In this document: positions 1-11,399 of the stretch, piece by piece
Numbering within the stretch: position 1 is the first letter of the stretch
Layout of the letters: every line of letters begins with the position of its first letter
Assembly (NCBI RefSeq): GCF_030435755.1
Contig: NC_080843.1
Span: 68,734,485 to 68,798,484 of the forward strand
Direction: 5' to 3'
From: Ochotona princeps
Lineage: Eukaryota
DNA length: 64,000 nucleotides
The notes under the pieces: generated by a model
Database searches by the model: none
Told to the model about the DNA's origin: nothing
The model's input: only the letters and a program-made list of their open reading frames with translations
Program-made: the position numbers and the translations under genes

Positions 1-96
1 CCCCAGCCCTAGCCCCAGCCCCAGCCCAGCCCTAGCCCCAGCCCCAGCCCTAGCCCCAGCCCCAGCCCAGCCCCAGCCCCAGCCCCTCTGGGAACT
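1..96. repeat. Degenerate hexamer simple repeat (CCCCAG/CCCTAG/CCCAG)n
   Basis: It starts as ccccagccctagccccagccccagcccagccctagcccca... It is not canonical telomeric CCCTAA. A short echo lies at 1590-1625 (gcccagcccagcccagcctaggcccagc). It lies within MPHOSPH8 intron 1. Confidence 0.8.
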
Positions 97-1699
97 GAAG
101 CATGGGGTGAAACATTGGGCTCTCCCTCTCTGTAACTCTACCTTTCATCAAACATGTAAATCTTGAAACAAACTCTGTATATATTAGCTCATTTAATCTT
201 CACAACCACCCTGTGAAGCCAATACCATGGCCCATCTTGAAGACCAGGACCTTGAAGCTCCTGGATTAAATCCTTAATCTGAGACCACACAGCTGCGCAG
301 TTCACGTGAAATTCAAGGCCAGAGCCTTGCGCAGGGCCTGGACTCTTCACCTGCTCCTACATAAACGCAAAGGCAGCACATGGTGGAGAATTCCCAAGAG
401 GAAAGGCTGCCAAGAGAAGCCAAGAAGCTTTTCTTAAAAACACCATCTCTCCGCCCTACTTCTGCCTCTTAGTCTGCAAGGCCTAATAGATGCACCACTC
501 AGTCATTTACCAGAAGCCTGCCAGCGCCTGCGCGGTCCCCATCTACTCACAGAGACACTCTGTTCCTGCTGTCAGCACTGTTATTCAAGTTCACGTGGAA
601 TTACAAGAGGCCCTGGGCAGTGAAAAACCACCTTGAACAGAACAAAATCAGCAGGTGTCAGCAGTGTGCAGCAATGGGTTAAGCCGCTGCCTTAAAACAA
701 TGGCAGCAGCACATGTGAGCAGGGGTTCAAGTCTCAGCTGTTCCGCTTAAAGACAAAATTTTTATCTGAAAGGCAGAGCTACAGAGATAGAAAAGGAGAA
801 ACGCACCTTTCATCCATTGGTTCACTCCTCACACAGCCACAGCAGCCGGAGGGCCAGCCCAAAGGGAGGAGTCGGGAGCTTCAGTCTGGTTCCCCCTTTG
901 GGTGCACTTGAGCCACGTGGCACTCGACTGGAATTGGAGCAGCTGGGGCTCCAACTGGTACCCACAGGAGATGCCAGCAAACAAGCATGGGATTGGCCCC
1001 AGCTGGTCCACTGCTGATCTAATTCCATGGCCCAAGGTACATGGGTCCCTGTCACTCACACAGGAGGCGGGGAGGCTCCTGGCTGTGGCCCAGCCCCGCC
1101 TGGCCACGGCAGCCACTTGGGAAGTGAACCAGTGCTTGGCTGATCACTTTTTCTGTACGTCTACCTTTCAAACAAACAAACAAACAAAATCTTAAATAAT
1201 TAGAAGTTGGAAGAAGTCATACTTCCCCTTTAAAAGTGTGCTACAAGGCTGCAACTCAACAAAGTGGTGGCAGACCTAGAGGTGATAGAGATAAACCCAT
1301 ACTACGCAGGACCAACTGATATGACGAGCAACCAAGTTCAACCAATAAGGGAGAGCACCCAATGACTCAAACAGATTCCCACACCAGAAACAATGAGGTT
1401 GGACCCTAACCTCACATCATTTTTTCAAAAATTAACTCCCTGGTGGCAGGCATTTTTCTTGGCAGTTGAGGTGCCTGTCCTCATCAGAGGACCTGAGTTC
1501 AGCTTCCGGCTAACGCAGACCAGGGAGACAGTGACGACACGGTGAGACGCCCTACCACTGACATGGGAGGCTTGGATTGAGTTTCTGGGTCCCAGCTTCT
1601 GCCCAGCCCAGCCCAGCCTAGGCCCAGCTGTTGCAGGTATGGGGGAGAGGGCGTGAGCCGACAGGTGGGAGCTCTCCATCTCTGTATGCCTTTCTCTTT

Positions 1700-2038
1700 C
1701 TTTTTTTTTTAAAGATTTTCATTATTATTATTGGAAAGTTGGATATACAGAGAGGAGGAGAGACAGAGAGGAAGATCTTCCATCCGATGGTTCACTCCCC
1801 AAGTGAGCCGCAACGGGTCGGTACACGCCGATCCGAAGCCGGGAACCAGGAACCTCTTCCAGGTCTCCCACGCGGGTGCAGGGTCCCAAAGCTTTGGGCC
1901 GTCCTCGACTGCTTTCCCAGGCCACAAGCAGGGAGCTGGATGGGAAGTGGAGCTGCTGGGATTAGAACCGGCGCCCATATGGGATCGCGGGGCTTTCAAG
2001 GCGAGGACTTTAGCCGCTAGGCCACGCCGCCGGGCCCC
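1700..2038 (-). mobile_element. C-repeat SINE (tRNA-derived, lagomorph), antisense
   Basis: A poly-T run and aaagattt..cagatatacagagaggaggagagacagagaggaagatcttcc at the left, ...ggccacgccgccgggccc at the right. This is the reverse complement of the GGGCCCGGCGGCGTGGCC..A-rich consensus seen about 40 times in the window. Confidence 0.85.
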
Positions 2039-3295
2039 AATGTATGCCTTTCTCTTAAATAAATATAAAAATAAGCTAAAATCATAAAACTCAGGAGTAG
2101 GTAATTTTCTTTCCCAGCAAATCAAAAAATACAAAAAAGTGTACTCAGTATAATTTTACGATCTGGCTACATAACCGGCTAGCGAGAAGTGATTATATAA
2201 ACTGAAAACATGTATATTTTACAAAAAACAGTATAGAAAGAAAACTACAATTTTTAAAGTTTCTACAACAGTGTGTTAAAATCAAATAAACAAATGTGAG
2301 TGAGCAATGCTGTTTAAGAAGCCTACGTGACTGGGGAAAGTAACCTTAGTGGTAACCTTAGTGGTACATCTGATGAGTTATCACAGAGAATGTGTTAACT
2401 ATATCAATTACAGGTTAGGAAACAGATGACCTTTGAGTGTGGCCATAAAAACGGGGAGGAGCCAGCACTGTGGCACATCTTATCACACTGTTGCTTCAAG
2501 TCGCAGCTGCTGTGCTTCCGATGCAGCTCCCCGCCAATGTGCCTGGGAAGGCAGCGCAAGATGGCCAGGCAGTCAGGCCCCAGCCACCCACGTGGGCAAC
2601 GAGGAAGGCGGCTTTGGCTCCTGGCTTCAGCATGCCCCAGACCTGCTCATGACTTGGCCATTTGTGAAACAACAGGTCTATGATTTTCTCTCTGTCTTCT
2701 TCCCCTCCCACACCTTCCAATAAATCAACAAGTCTTAAATGTCTTATTCTTTTTTTAAAGATCCATTCATTTTCATTGTAAAATCAGACCCACAGAGAAG
2801 GAAAGACAGATTTGCCATCTGCTGCTTCACTCCCCACGTGGCCGCAATGCCCAGAGCTGAACCAATCCAAAGCTAGGAGCCAGGAGTCTCCCCCAGGGGT
2901 GCAGGGTCCCAAGGCCATCTTATACTGCTTTCCTAAGTCACAAGCAGAGAGCTGGAAGGGAAGTGGAGCAGCTGGGACACAAACCAACGTCATATGGGAT
3001 ATCCTGGCACATGGCTACTGTGCTGGGCACAACAAATCTTTTTTTTTTTAAATATCTTCATAATTAGGGCCAGTGCTGTGGCGCAGTTTATTAGGCTGTC
3101 GTTTATGATGGTAGTTTAATTCCCAGCTCCTTGCTAATGCACGTGCCTGGAAAAGCTCCCATGGGAGACAAAGATGGAGTTGCAGCCCTGGCTGGTGCAG
3201 CCGTTTAGGGAATGAAACAGCAAATGAAAAACATCTCTCCCCCCTTCAAATACACAAACCTTTAAAAAACAAATTCTTCAAAATAAATAAATACA

Positions 3296-3615
3296 GGGCC
3301 CAGCGGCGTGGCCTAGCGGCTAAAGTCCTCGCCTTGAACGCACCAGGATCCCATATGGGCGCCGGTTCTGATCCCAGCAGCTCCACTTCCCATCCAGATC
3401 CCTGCTTGTGGCCTGGGAAAGCAGTCGAGGACGGCCCAAAGCTTTGGGACCCTGCACCCGCGTGGAAGACTCGGAAGAGGTTCCTGGTCCCGGCATCGGA
3501 TTGGCACGTACCAGCCCGTTGCAGCTCACTTGGGGAGTGAACCATCGGATGGAAGATCTTCCTCTGTCTCTCCTCCTCTCTGTATATCCGGCTTTCCAAT
3601 AATAATAATAAAACC
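3296..3615 (+). mobile_element. C-repeat SINE, sense, near full length
   Basis: Starts gggcccagcggcgtggcctagcggctaaagtcctcgccttgaacg (tRNA-like A-box region) and ends ctctgtatatccggctttccaataataataataaaacc. Confidence 0.9.
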
Positions 3616-5159
3616 TTTAAATAAATAAATAAATAAATAAATACAGTGTTAAGTCTGTTATCCAATGAAAATACATATTTATTTATTTGTATGCATTCAT
3701 GAAAAATACAAACCAGGGAGGGCAGACCTAGCAGTTGAAATAGTGGTTACAATAACCCTTCCCCATAGGTGCCCGTGTCTGAGCCAGGCACGGTTCCTGT
3801 CTCTGGTGATGCCGACCCTGCAAGCAGTTCTGCCTTCCACACCGCAGGTGCAGAATGAAGGCCTGGCCCAGCTCCAGCCATTGCTGGCATTTAAGGAGTG
3901 AACTACCAAGCCAGAGCTTGCTCACTTTCTTTGTCTTTCTTTAATTTGTCTCTCCTCCTCTCTGTATATCTGACTTTCCGGCAAAAATAAATCTTTAAAA
4001 AAAAAATCAGTACACTCACTTTCAGAAACAATTTCCACATGTTAAAGAGAAAACATATCACAATATAATCCCACTATTGCACTGTGAGTATGGAACCAGT
4101 CTATTTCTTCCAAGGGTAGCAGGGGTCCAAGCACTGGACTATTTTCTGCTGTCTTCTCGGGCACACTAGCAGGGAGCTCTTCCGTAAACAAAATAGCCAC
4201 GACTCAACTGGTGTCACAAGCAGCGGCTTCATCCACAGAACTTACATGTTAGCAAACAATTTTGAGCTTTAACAAAACAATGGCATGCGCCGAACACAAC
4301 ACATTTGCAGCTCAATGAAATGCCCGTTTTGGATTGCTGGTCAGCGTAGCTGATTCTTGCGAAGGCCAGTCCGTACAGCGGCTTCCCTCACTCCTGACCC
4401 TCCCTCTGGCCAAGCTCACAGGGGACACCCACACAACTGAAAACCTCTCCCCACCTCTTTGCATGTGTATGCTAGCACTGAATTCTTCCGTATCTTTCTC
4501 AGAGAGAAATCTCGTTCAAATCAACCAATCAATCTTTTAAACAAGATATCATTCTCCTAATTAAATACTCCCTGTTTTCTAAATAACTTACACGTTAGCG
4601 CTTAGTTTAGTTAAACAGAGGCAACAGAAAACAAGCAAAGATTGGTTCCTGGGCCCAATGGTTTAGGACAATGCCTGTAATGCTGGCATCCCATTTTGGA
4701 GCCCCAGCTACTTTGCGGCGGATCCAGCTCCCTGCCTGGGAAAAGCAGCGGAGGATGGTCCCGGTACTGTGAACCAGTGGGTGGAAGACGCTCTGAGTCG
4801 CTCTGACTTTTCAAAACATTCATTAATAAACCTTTTTTAAAAAATGACATACAGACTGCCCACCTGGGCCACCTCCCCCCTTAAGTACAGAAGCCTTTGC
4901 CGCGGTTCACGCTGCCCCTTCCCTCCTCCCTCCGCTGCAGCTCACCCGTTCAATAAGCTGATCCACACTAAGCAATCACCATGCCAAGCACTGGAAGAAA
5001 TACCAGGGATGCGAGGATCGATTTAGAGAGTCAGACAGACACACCGCAGAGACTAAAGGCGTCCACAGTCTAGCAGAACATAAACAAGGCTGAAGCCCTC
5101 CACAGAGGTCTACACCAATAACAAGGGTGGCGGAGAGCAAGCGCCTCCCTCGGCGCTGA

Positions 5160-6290
5160 CTTCACCAAAGGGCAAGGACGACCAAGGCAGCTGTGAGGTG
5201 CAACTCAGGCTGGCACACAGGACACTGGGCGAGTCCTGCAATGCCCTCGGGGCTGAGAGCGGGCTGAGTGGGAGTTCCATCACGGCTTAGGAGCACGAAC
5301 GCCGGGCCAGCAAGGGACCAGGCGGAGCAGCGCCGTGTGCCTGCGCCCAGCACGAGCCCTTCTGCAGCCGCCTGCAGCCTCGCGGTGCCCGCTGCACGGC
5401 CCTGGCTGCACAGCCGCGGAGCTGCAGCGCGCCCCGGGACCCGCCCGCACGTACCCCCTCGGTCTTCATGTCCAGGATCTTCTCCACTTCGAAAACATCC
5501 TCTCCGTCCTCCTCGCTGTCTACCAATGTCTCCGCTCCTCCCGGGAGTCCGTCCCTCTCCGCGCCCGCCAAGCCAACTCCTTCCCCTCCCCGAAACTCCA
5601 CGTTGCTGGAGGCATCTGCCGCGGCAGCTGCGCTCAGGTCTGCGCCTTCTGCAGCCGGCGCCGCGGCCGCCATGGCCGGAGCCCCGCAAACCGCCGAGGA
5701 AAACCGACTGCGACACACACCGCGGGGCCGGCGCGAACTCCGCGCTGGGCCACAAGCCACTTGGGCGCCGTCACAGGGCCGTGAGGCAAGTAACCAATGG
5801 CGAGCTCGAGAACTTGGAGTGACACGCACGCGAGCCAATCACATAAAGGCGGGTGCAGCGGAGTCGCGCAGCGCCTTCGGGAAACGGGACGCCCGGAGCG
5901 GAAGGACGCGGTGTGGGGGAGGGAGTGAGGGCTGGCTCCTGGAGCGCTCCCGGCTCGTTCCCCGCTTTCTGACTCGGCGGGCCGGACCGGTGGCCGGAGC
6001 GTCGGGGACCGGACCTGGGGAGCTGAGGGAGAGGAACGATGGTGGGAGCTGGGGTTCCGGTGCCCGGAGCGTGGAGGACCGGAAAGAGAGGAACGAGCCT
6101 GGAAGCTGGCGTTCCGGTGCCCGGAGCGTGGGGGACCGGAAGGAGAGGAACGAGCCTGGGGAGCTGGGGGAGTGGCCCCGGAAAGGGACCCCGTCAGCTG
6201 GTGAAATGGGTGCCCAGGAATCCTTGACTGTTGCTTGGTTCACTGGTGTGGATGATCCGATCATGTAGAAGTCATCTGGCAGCTCCATTT
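5160..6290 (-). promoter_or_regulatory. MPHOSPH8: CpG island: MPHOSPH8 promoter, 5' UTR, exon 1 and start of intron 1
   Basis: Very high GC and CpG density (runs of ccgcgg, gcgcgc, cgccg) contrast with AT/SINE-rich flanks and surround the recognised start codon. It includes a GC-rich tandem repeat of about 57 bp at roughly 5990-6190. The TSS is not determinable from sequence alone, probably 5.75-5.95 kb. Confidence 0.6.
5455..5673 (-). CDS. MPHOSPH8: MPHOSPH8 (M-phase phosphoprotein 8 / MPP8) coding part of exon 1: initiator Met to first residues of the chromodomain, 73 codons, phase 0 at the donor
   Basis: The minus-strand ATG (plus 5673-5671) sits in Kozak context gccATGG. It translates to MAAAAPAAEGADLSAAAAADASSNVEFRGGEGVGLAGAERDGLPGGAETLVDSEEDGEDVFEVEKILDMKTEG. 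The tail EDGEDVFEVEKILDMKTEG matches the opening of the MPP8 chromodomain as I recall it; the next residues GKVLYKVRWKGY would be in exon 2, outside the window. The exon ends at a consensus donor GGG|GTACGT. It lies inside a CpG island. Confidence 0.8.
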
Positions 6291-6629
6291 TAATGAGATT
6301 TTTTAAAAATTAATTTACTTATTTTTATTATTTTATGCTACAGTTCCGGAGGCCCTGGGATTTCCCTTATCTCCTCGCCAATTCCCTCCTCCCTCACCGA
6401 GTTCCCCTATATCATTACCAAGCTAGGGTTTCCCCATACACAGTCATATGTCCATCATTGTGTGCATGGACAATGGGAGAGCCCAACATCCTATTGTCAA
6501 GATGTAATAAACAGCTTCATAGAATCTCAACTGAATTTGAACTGTGGTAATGCAACAAGGTGGAGGAGTCCACCATGGGGGGAAGGGGAGGGGAATCCCA
6601 GTGCCTATAAAACTGTCACACATCATGCA

Positions 6630-6918
6630 ATGTAATCAATAAAAAATAAATAAATAAGTAAACAACTTCATTTGGAGTCCATCTTTGGAAGTAGAGGTGC
6701 ATACTGCATTGTATCCTCACATCTGGATATGATAGTCTCCATTACACAGTTACTATACATCTCCTTAAATCAAAACCCACAAAACATAATCAACAACAGG
6801 AAGAAAAATAAGAAATTAACACCACCATGAAGTTAAATAACATACTACTGAATGACTAACATGTTGCTGAAGAAATGAAAAAGACATCAAGAACCTTCTT
6901 GAAGAAAGTGATGCTGTT
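6630..6918 (+). mobile_element. LINE-1 (ORF2) fragment, sense, interrupted on its right by the composite SINE at 6919
   Basis: Its translation includes ..TTMKLNNILLNDXHVAEEMKKTSRTF.., which resembles the ..KLNNLLLNDYWV.EEIK.. segment of L1 ORF2 as I recall it. Sequence homologous to the L1 continues after the SINE at about 7663-7740. Confidence 0.4.
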
Positions 6919-6985
6919 GGGCCCTGCGCCGTGGCCTAGTGGCTAAAGTCCTCACCTTGAACGCCCTGGGATCCCATATGGGCGC

Positions 6986-7024
<39 letters not shown>

Positions 7025-7640
7025 TTTATTCATTTTATTACAGCCAGATATACACAGAGGAGGAGAGACAGAGAGGAAGATCTTCCGTCCGATGGTTCAC
7101 TCCCCAAGTGAGCCACAAAGGGCCGATGCGCGCCGATCCGAAGCCGGGAACCTGGAACCTCCTCCGGGTCTCCCACGCGGGTGCAGGGTCCCAATGCATT
7201 GGGCCGTCCTCAACTGCTTTCCCAGGCCACAAGCAGGGAGGTGGATGGGAAGTGGAGCTGCCGGGATTAGAACTGGCGCCCATATGGGATCCCGGTGCGT
7301 TCAAGGCGAGGACTTTAGCTGCTAGGCCACGCCGCCGGGCCCTGGGCGCCGGTTCTAATCCCAGCAGCTCCACTTCCATCCAGCTTCCCATCCAGCTTCC
7401 CATCCAGCTCCCTGCTTGTGGCCTGGGAAAGCAGTTGAGGACGGCCCAAAGCTTTGGGACCCTGCACCCGTGTGGGAGACCTGGAAGAGGCTCCTGGTTC
7501 CCGGCATCGGATCGGCGCCTATCGGCCCGTTGCGGCTCACTTGGGGAGTGAATCATCGGATGGAAGATCTTCCTCTCTGTCTCTCCTCCTCCTCTCTGTA
7601 TATCTGACTTTGTAATAAAAATAAAATCTTCCAAAAAAAA
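6919..7640 (+). mobile_element. Sense C-repeat SINE (6919-6991 + 7344-7640) split by an antisense C-repeat nested inside it (6992-7343); composite flanked by a 15-bp TSD
   Basis: The outer copy starts gggccctgcgccgtggcctagtggctaaag.. and resumes tgggcgccggttctaatccc.. after the insert. The inner copy has its own TSD, tgggcgcc(a/g)gttc, on both sides. The outer TSD gaaagtgatgctgtt is at 6904-6918 and 7648-7662. The arrangement forms an inverted repeat of about 270 bp with a spacer of about 63 bp. Confidence 0.8.
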
Positions 7641-8718
7641 AAAAAAGAAAGTGATGCTGTTATATGATCTGTGAATCATTGAAGAATGTAATAAGAAGAA
7701 AGTGTTTTGAAGAGGTGAAACGAACAAAAAAGATCAAAATCCATTTGATACACTTTCCGTGGATGGGGAGCTGTGTCTACTATAGGCAACAAATAGATGA
7801 TACAGTTCCAGAGGCCCTGGTTTTGTTTTTTAATCCAGTCTACTAATCATGATATTTGATTGATGAGTTTAAGCTGTTTACATTCAGGGTTAATACAAAT
7901 AGGTGGTAATTTGGTCCTGTCATTTTAGCAACGGGTTGTTCATTGGTTTAGTCTTCTGTTTTACTGAGATGTTCTTCACATTTGCCTTTGATTTAACTTT
8001 TCTTTACTGTGGAAAATTTTATTTCATTTTCAAAGACAAAGGAAAGCTTTGCTGGATATGTTATCCTGGACTGACAATTTTTTGCTTTTAGAATCTGGAA
8101 TATGTCACTCTATTCTATTCTGGCCTGTAGAGTTTCCTGTGTGAGGTCTCCTGTGAGTTTAATTGGCGTTCCTTTATATGTCAGTTGATTTTTTTCACGT
8201 GCACATTTAAGGATCTTTTCCTTATGTTCGATTGAAGAGAGCCTAACGATCATGTGTCGTGGTGAAGATTGCTTTTGGTCAAGCCTGTTGGGAGTTCTGT
8301 GCCCCTACTGGATATTGTTTCCCAATTCTTTCTCTAGAGTAGGGAAATTTTCCCTTATTATTTCATTAAATACACCTTTAATCCCAGCTTCTCTTACTGC
8401 ACCTTCTGGGAGTCCCATAACTCTTGTATTTGGCCTTTTAATGGTGTCTTTCAGTTCTTGAATACTTTTTTTTGGCCTGAACCAGCTCTGCTTCCAGCTT
8501 TTTCTTTCCCGCTGGTGACAGGAAATATCTTCTAATTCTGAGATTTTTTTCTTCTGCTTGCTTCATTCTGTTTTGGAGACTCTCCACTGTACTTTTAATT
8601 TGCTCCACTGCAGTCTTCATTTCTGATAGAACTGCTTTCATTTGATTCATTTCCAGTGTGACATATTCCTTCAATTCCTTGAATTCCTGCTTTACGTGCT
8701 TCTCATTGTTGATAAGTA

Positions 8719-9056
8719 GTTTTTTTTTTTTTTAAGATTTATTTTTATTACAAAGTCAGATATACAGAGAGAGGAGGAGAGACAGAGAGGAAGATCTTCC
8801 GTCCGATGATTCACTCCCCAAGTGAGCCACAACGGGCCGGTACACGCCAATCCGATGCCAGGAACCAGGAGCCTCTTCCAGGTCTCCCACGCGGGTGCAG
8901 GGTCCCAATGCATTGGGCCATCCTCAACTGCTTTCCCAGGCCACAAGCAGGGAGCTGGATGGGAAGTGGAGCTGCTGGGATTAGAACCGGCGCCCATATG
9001 GGATCCCAGGCCGTTCAAGGTGAGGAATTTAGCCGCTAGGCCACGCCGCCGGGCCC
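8719..9056 (-). mobile_element. C-repeat SINE, antisense, inserted into the L1 with a 13-14 bp TSD
   Basis: A T-run plus aagatttatttttattacaaagtcagatatacagag.. through ..gccacgccgccgggccc. It is flanked by gataagtagtttt on both sides. Confidence 0.85.
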
Positions 9057-9369
9057 GATAAGTAGTTTTATAACATTTGTTTTGAATTCTGTATCCCCCA
9101 TTTCCTCAATGTTTTCCTCAGTTAACTCTGAGACTGGTAAAGGCTTTTGCTCCTTCGCAGGGGAGTCTTCAGTAATATTCACTGTGCCTCTGCCTCTTCT
9201 TTTGCTCTTGGTCATTGTACTTCTGGTTAGCAGAGTCTTCTCCTTGGGGCAGGTTTCTAAGCTGTGTCACCCACAGGTTTACAGTTTGATTTTACTTAAT
9301 GCAGTTGGTACACAGCTTTTTGTTTGCAGTTAGTTGTGCCACTCCCTCCAGTGAACTCCAGGTCTGGGT

Positions 9370-9693
9370 TTTTTTTTTTTTTAAGATTTATTTTATTTGT
9401 ATTGCAAAGTCAGATATCCAGAGAGGAGGAGAGACAGAGAGGAAGATCTTCCATCTGCTGATTCACTCCCCAAGTGACCACAACAGCCAGTGCTGCACCA
9501 ATCCAAAGCCAAGAGCCAGGAACTTCTCCAGGTCACCCACCAGGGTGCAGGGTCCCAAGTGGGTGCTTTCCCAGGCCACAAGCAGGGAGGTGGATGGAAA
9601 GTGGAGCTACCGGGATTAGAACCAGTACCCATAAGGGATCCTGGCACGTTTTCAAGGCAAGGACTTCAGCCACTAGGGCACTGTAACAGGCCC
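9370..9693 (-). mobile_element. C-repeat SINE (diverged copy), antisense, TSD ccaggtctgggtt
   Basis: A T-run plus aagatttattttatttgtattgcaaagtcagatatccagagaggaggagag.. The TSD ccaggtctgggtt is present at both ends. Confidence 0.75.
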
Positions 9694-11399
9694 CAGGTCT
9701 GGGTTCTTATGTTAGATTTCCACCATGGTTTCTCTAGCCTCAGCTCCTGGCTCACCAGTCTCCCCCTCCTGTGATACCATGCTGAGGCTGCACCGTTGTC
9801 TGTACAACCTTTCTCCCACTTCTGGTTGGAGTAGGGAGACACCAGGTGTCCTGTATAGCTAGATTTTGTTGGTGGTGCTGATCTTGCCGGAACTTGTTGA
9901 CCGTTAGGTTTGAGGGCTACACGGATCTGTTTTTACCCAAACAATGCCATAGTCGGTATTATTTTCCTGTGGAACCAGTGCAATACAATGAGCTGGGTGA
10001 GTTCTCGCTGAGCTCAGAACATGCACAGCTCACTATTGTGTCCTGCAGTCTTAAATTCTTTGCCACACTGCCAGAAATTGTGCCTGATGTGCCACTACTA
10101 CTGTTCTTGATCTGCTGGCCATCAGATCTGAGGGCTACCCAGACCTGTCTTGGGTGGAACCTGTAGGGTGCCACATTATTGCAGTTTACTGAGCCAGAAA
10201 TGACTTCATTCCCATCTCAGCTTGTGCTCAGTCCTTTCCCTTGCCTTTGCCTCCTTAAGCAAAATGGTGCCCAATAGGTTCTAGTGGGTGGACTGGACTG
10301 TGAAATCCACCCTGTTCCCGTTCCTGCAATGTCCATCTGGATCTGCCACTCTTTCTCTGTGGAGGTGAGGGCACTGGAGGTGAGGGGCTGGATCTGCTCC
10401 AGACCCAGTATGACTCCCAGGCTTTAGTCTGGAACGGGAGGGGCTGCAGGAAACAGTTAAGTCACCAGCCTGGTGGGATTCCAGCTGACCAATGGCACAC
10501 CTGAACGGACATTCCTTACATAATTTGGGCATAGACAGCTCCTTTGCCAGCCCACGTGTCTAGAGGAGTATAAAACTCCCGGACACATATCTCAGCTGCG
10601 CTTTTCGCCCCCATCTTCCTTTCACTCTGCCCGAAGGCCCAGGAGTGGATTTTGCAATAAATCTTCTGTTACAACTATGAATAACTTGCTGATATTATTC
10701 CACCAGCGGGCGGGCGGTCAGCGGTCATCATCTAACACTCTGCTCCTGGTCAAATCAAACAGACCAGCAGGATGGGCAGTTCTTTGCCTGGGTTCACCTC
10801 CGGAGCTCCTGGTAAATGTCCCTTCCCACCTGGTTGCTGGTGGCATTCTGGCTACTAGTGGAATTCAGATCACTGTTTGCTGAATGCTGCTGGGGTATCA
10901 GTCACTGCAACACCACACCATTGTGTCCGCTGCTTTCCTGTGTCTGTCAGCCTTCAGGTACCCCTCTGCTGTTGTTCTGTCCTCTCCTATTTCCTGGAAT
11001 GTGCCCTGTCTGCTTTACATTGTCTAATATTTCTCCGTCTGTTTAAAAGTGTCCTCACCCTATTCTGCCATCTTGATTCTCCAATGAGATCTTTATAAGA
11101 TTAGGACACCCATTGGACTGATAAAATGTTTCTGTCCCAAGGACGTGATAAACGGTTTTGTTCAATGTTAGCGGAGTGCTGCTAGGAAAACCCACTCAGG
11201 AGAGAATTTTTCTTCGTTTTCAATTTCAGACTTGCAACTAAGATCTTACGTGCCTGGAAATCTTTAAGGCAGTGAACTTGTCATTTCTGTGTTTTTGCAT
11301 GTGGATTTAATGGGCCTCTCAGTTCTGTCACAAGCTATTCCCTTCTGATGCATAAACTGCTGGAGTTGCCAAAGGCTGACTAAAGGTGGACTGGTTATG

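Larger units (their letters stand above)
7750..10500 (-). mobile_element. LINE-1 fragment, antisense: ORF1 region (about 7.9-9.3 kb) and 5' region, interrupted by a SINE
   Basis: The minus-strand ORF 8438-8674 is a coiled-coil ORF1-like peptide (..MKAVLSEMKTAVEQIKSTVESLQNRMKQAEEKNL..). The plus strand at 7.95-8.7 kb parallels the antisense of the L1 ORF1 C-terminal/ORF1-ORF2 junction as I recall it (for example tctggcctgtagagtttcctgtgtgaggtctcctgtgag..). The outer limits are approximate. Confidence 0.5.

Noticed and set aside
5468-6268. 266-aa plus-strand ORF (and several overlapping 150-200 aa ORFs on both strands) in the 5.2-6.3 kb region
   Set aside because: The region is an extremely GC-rich CpG island, where stop codons are rare on every frame. 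The ORF runs antisense through the recognised MPHOSPH8 exon 1 and its intron. Its translation is low-complexity (S/P/A/G/R-rich) with no domain resemblance. I treat it as a compositional artefact, although a divergent promoter transcript cannot be excluded from sequence alone.
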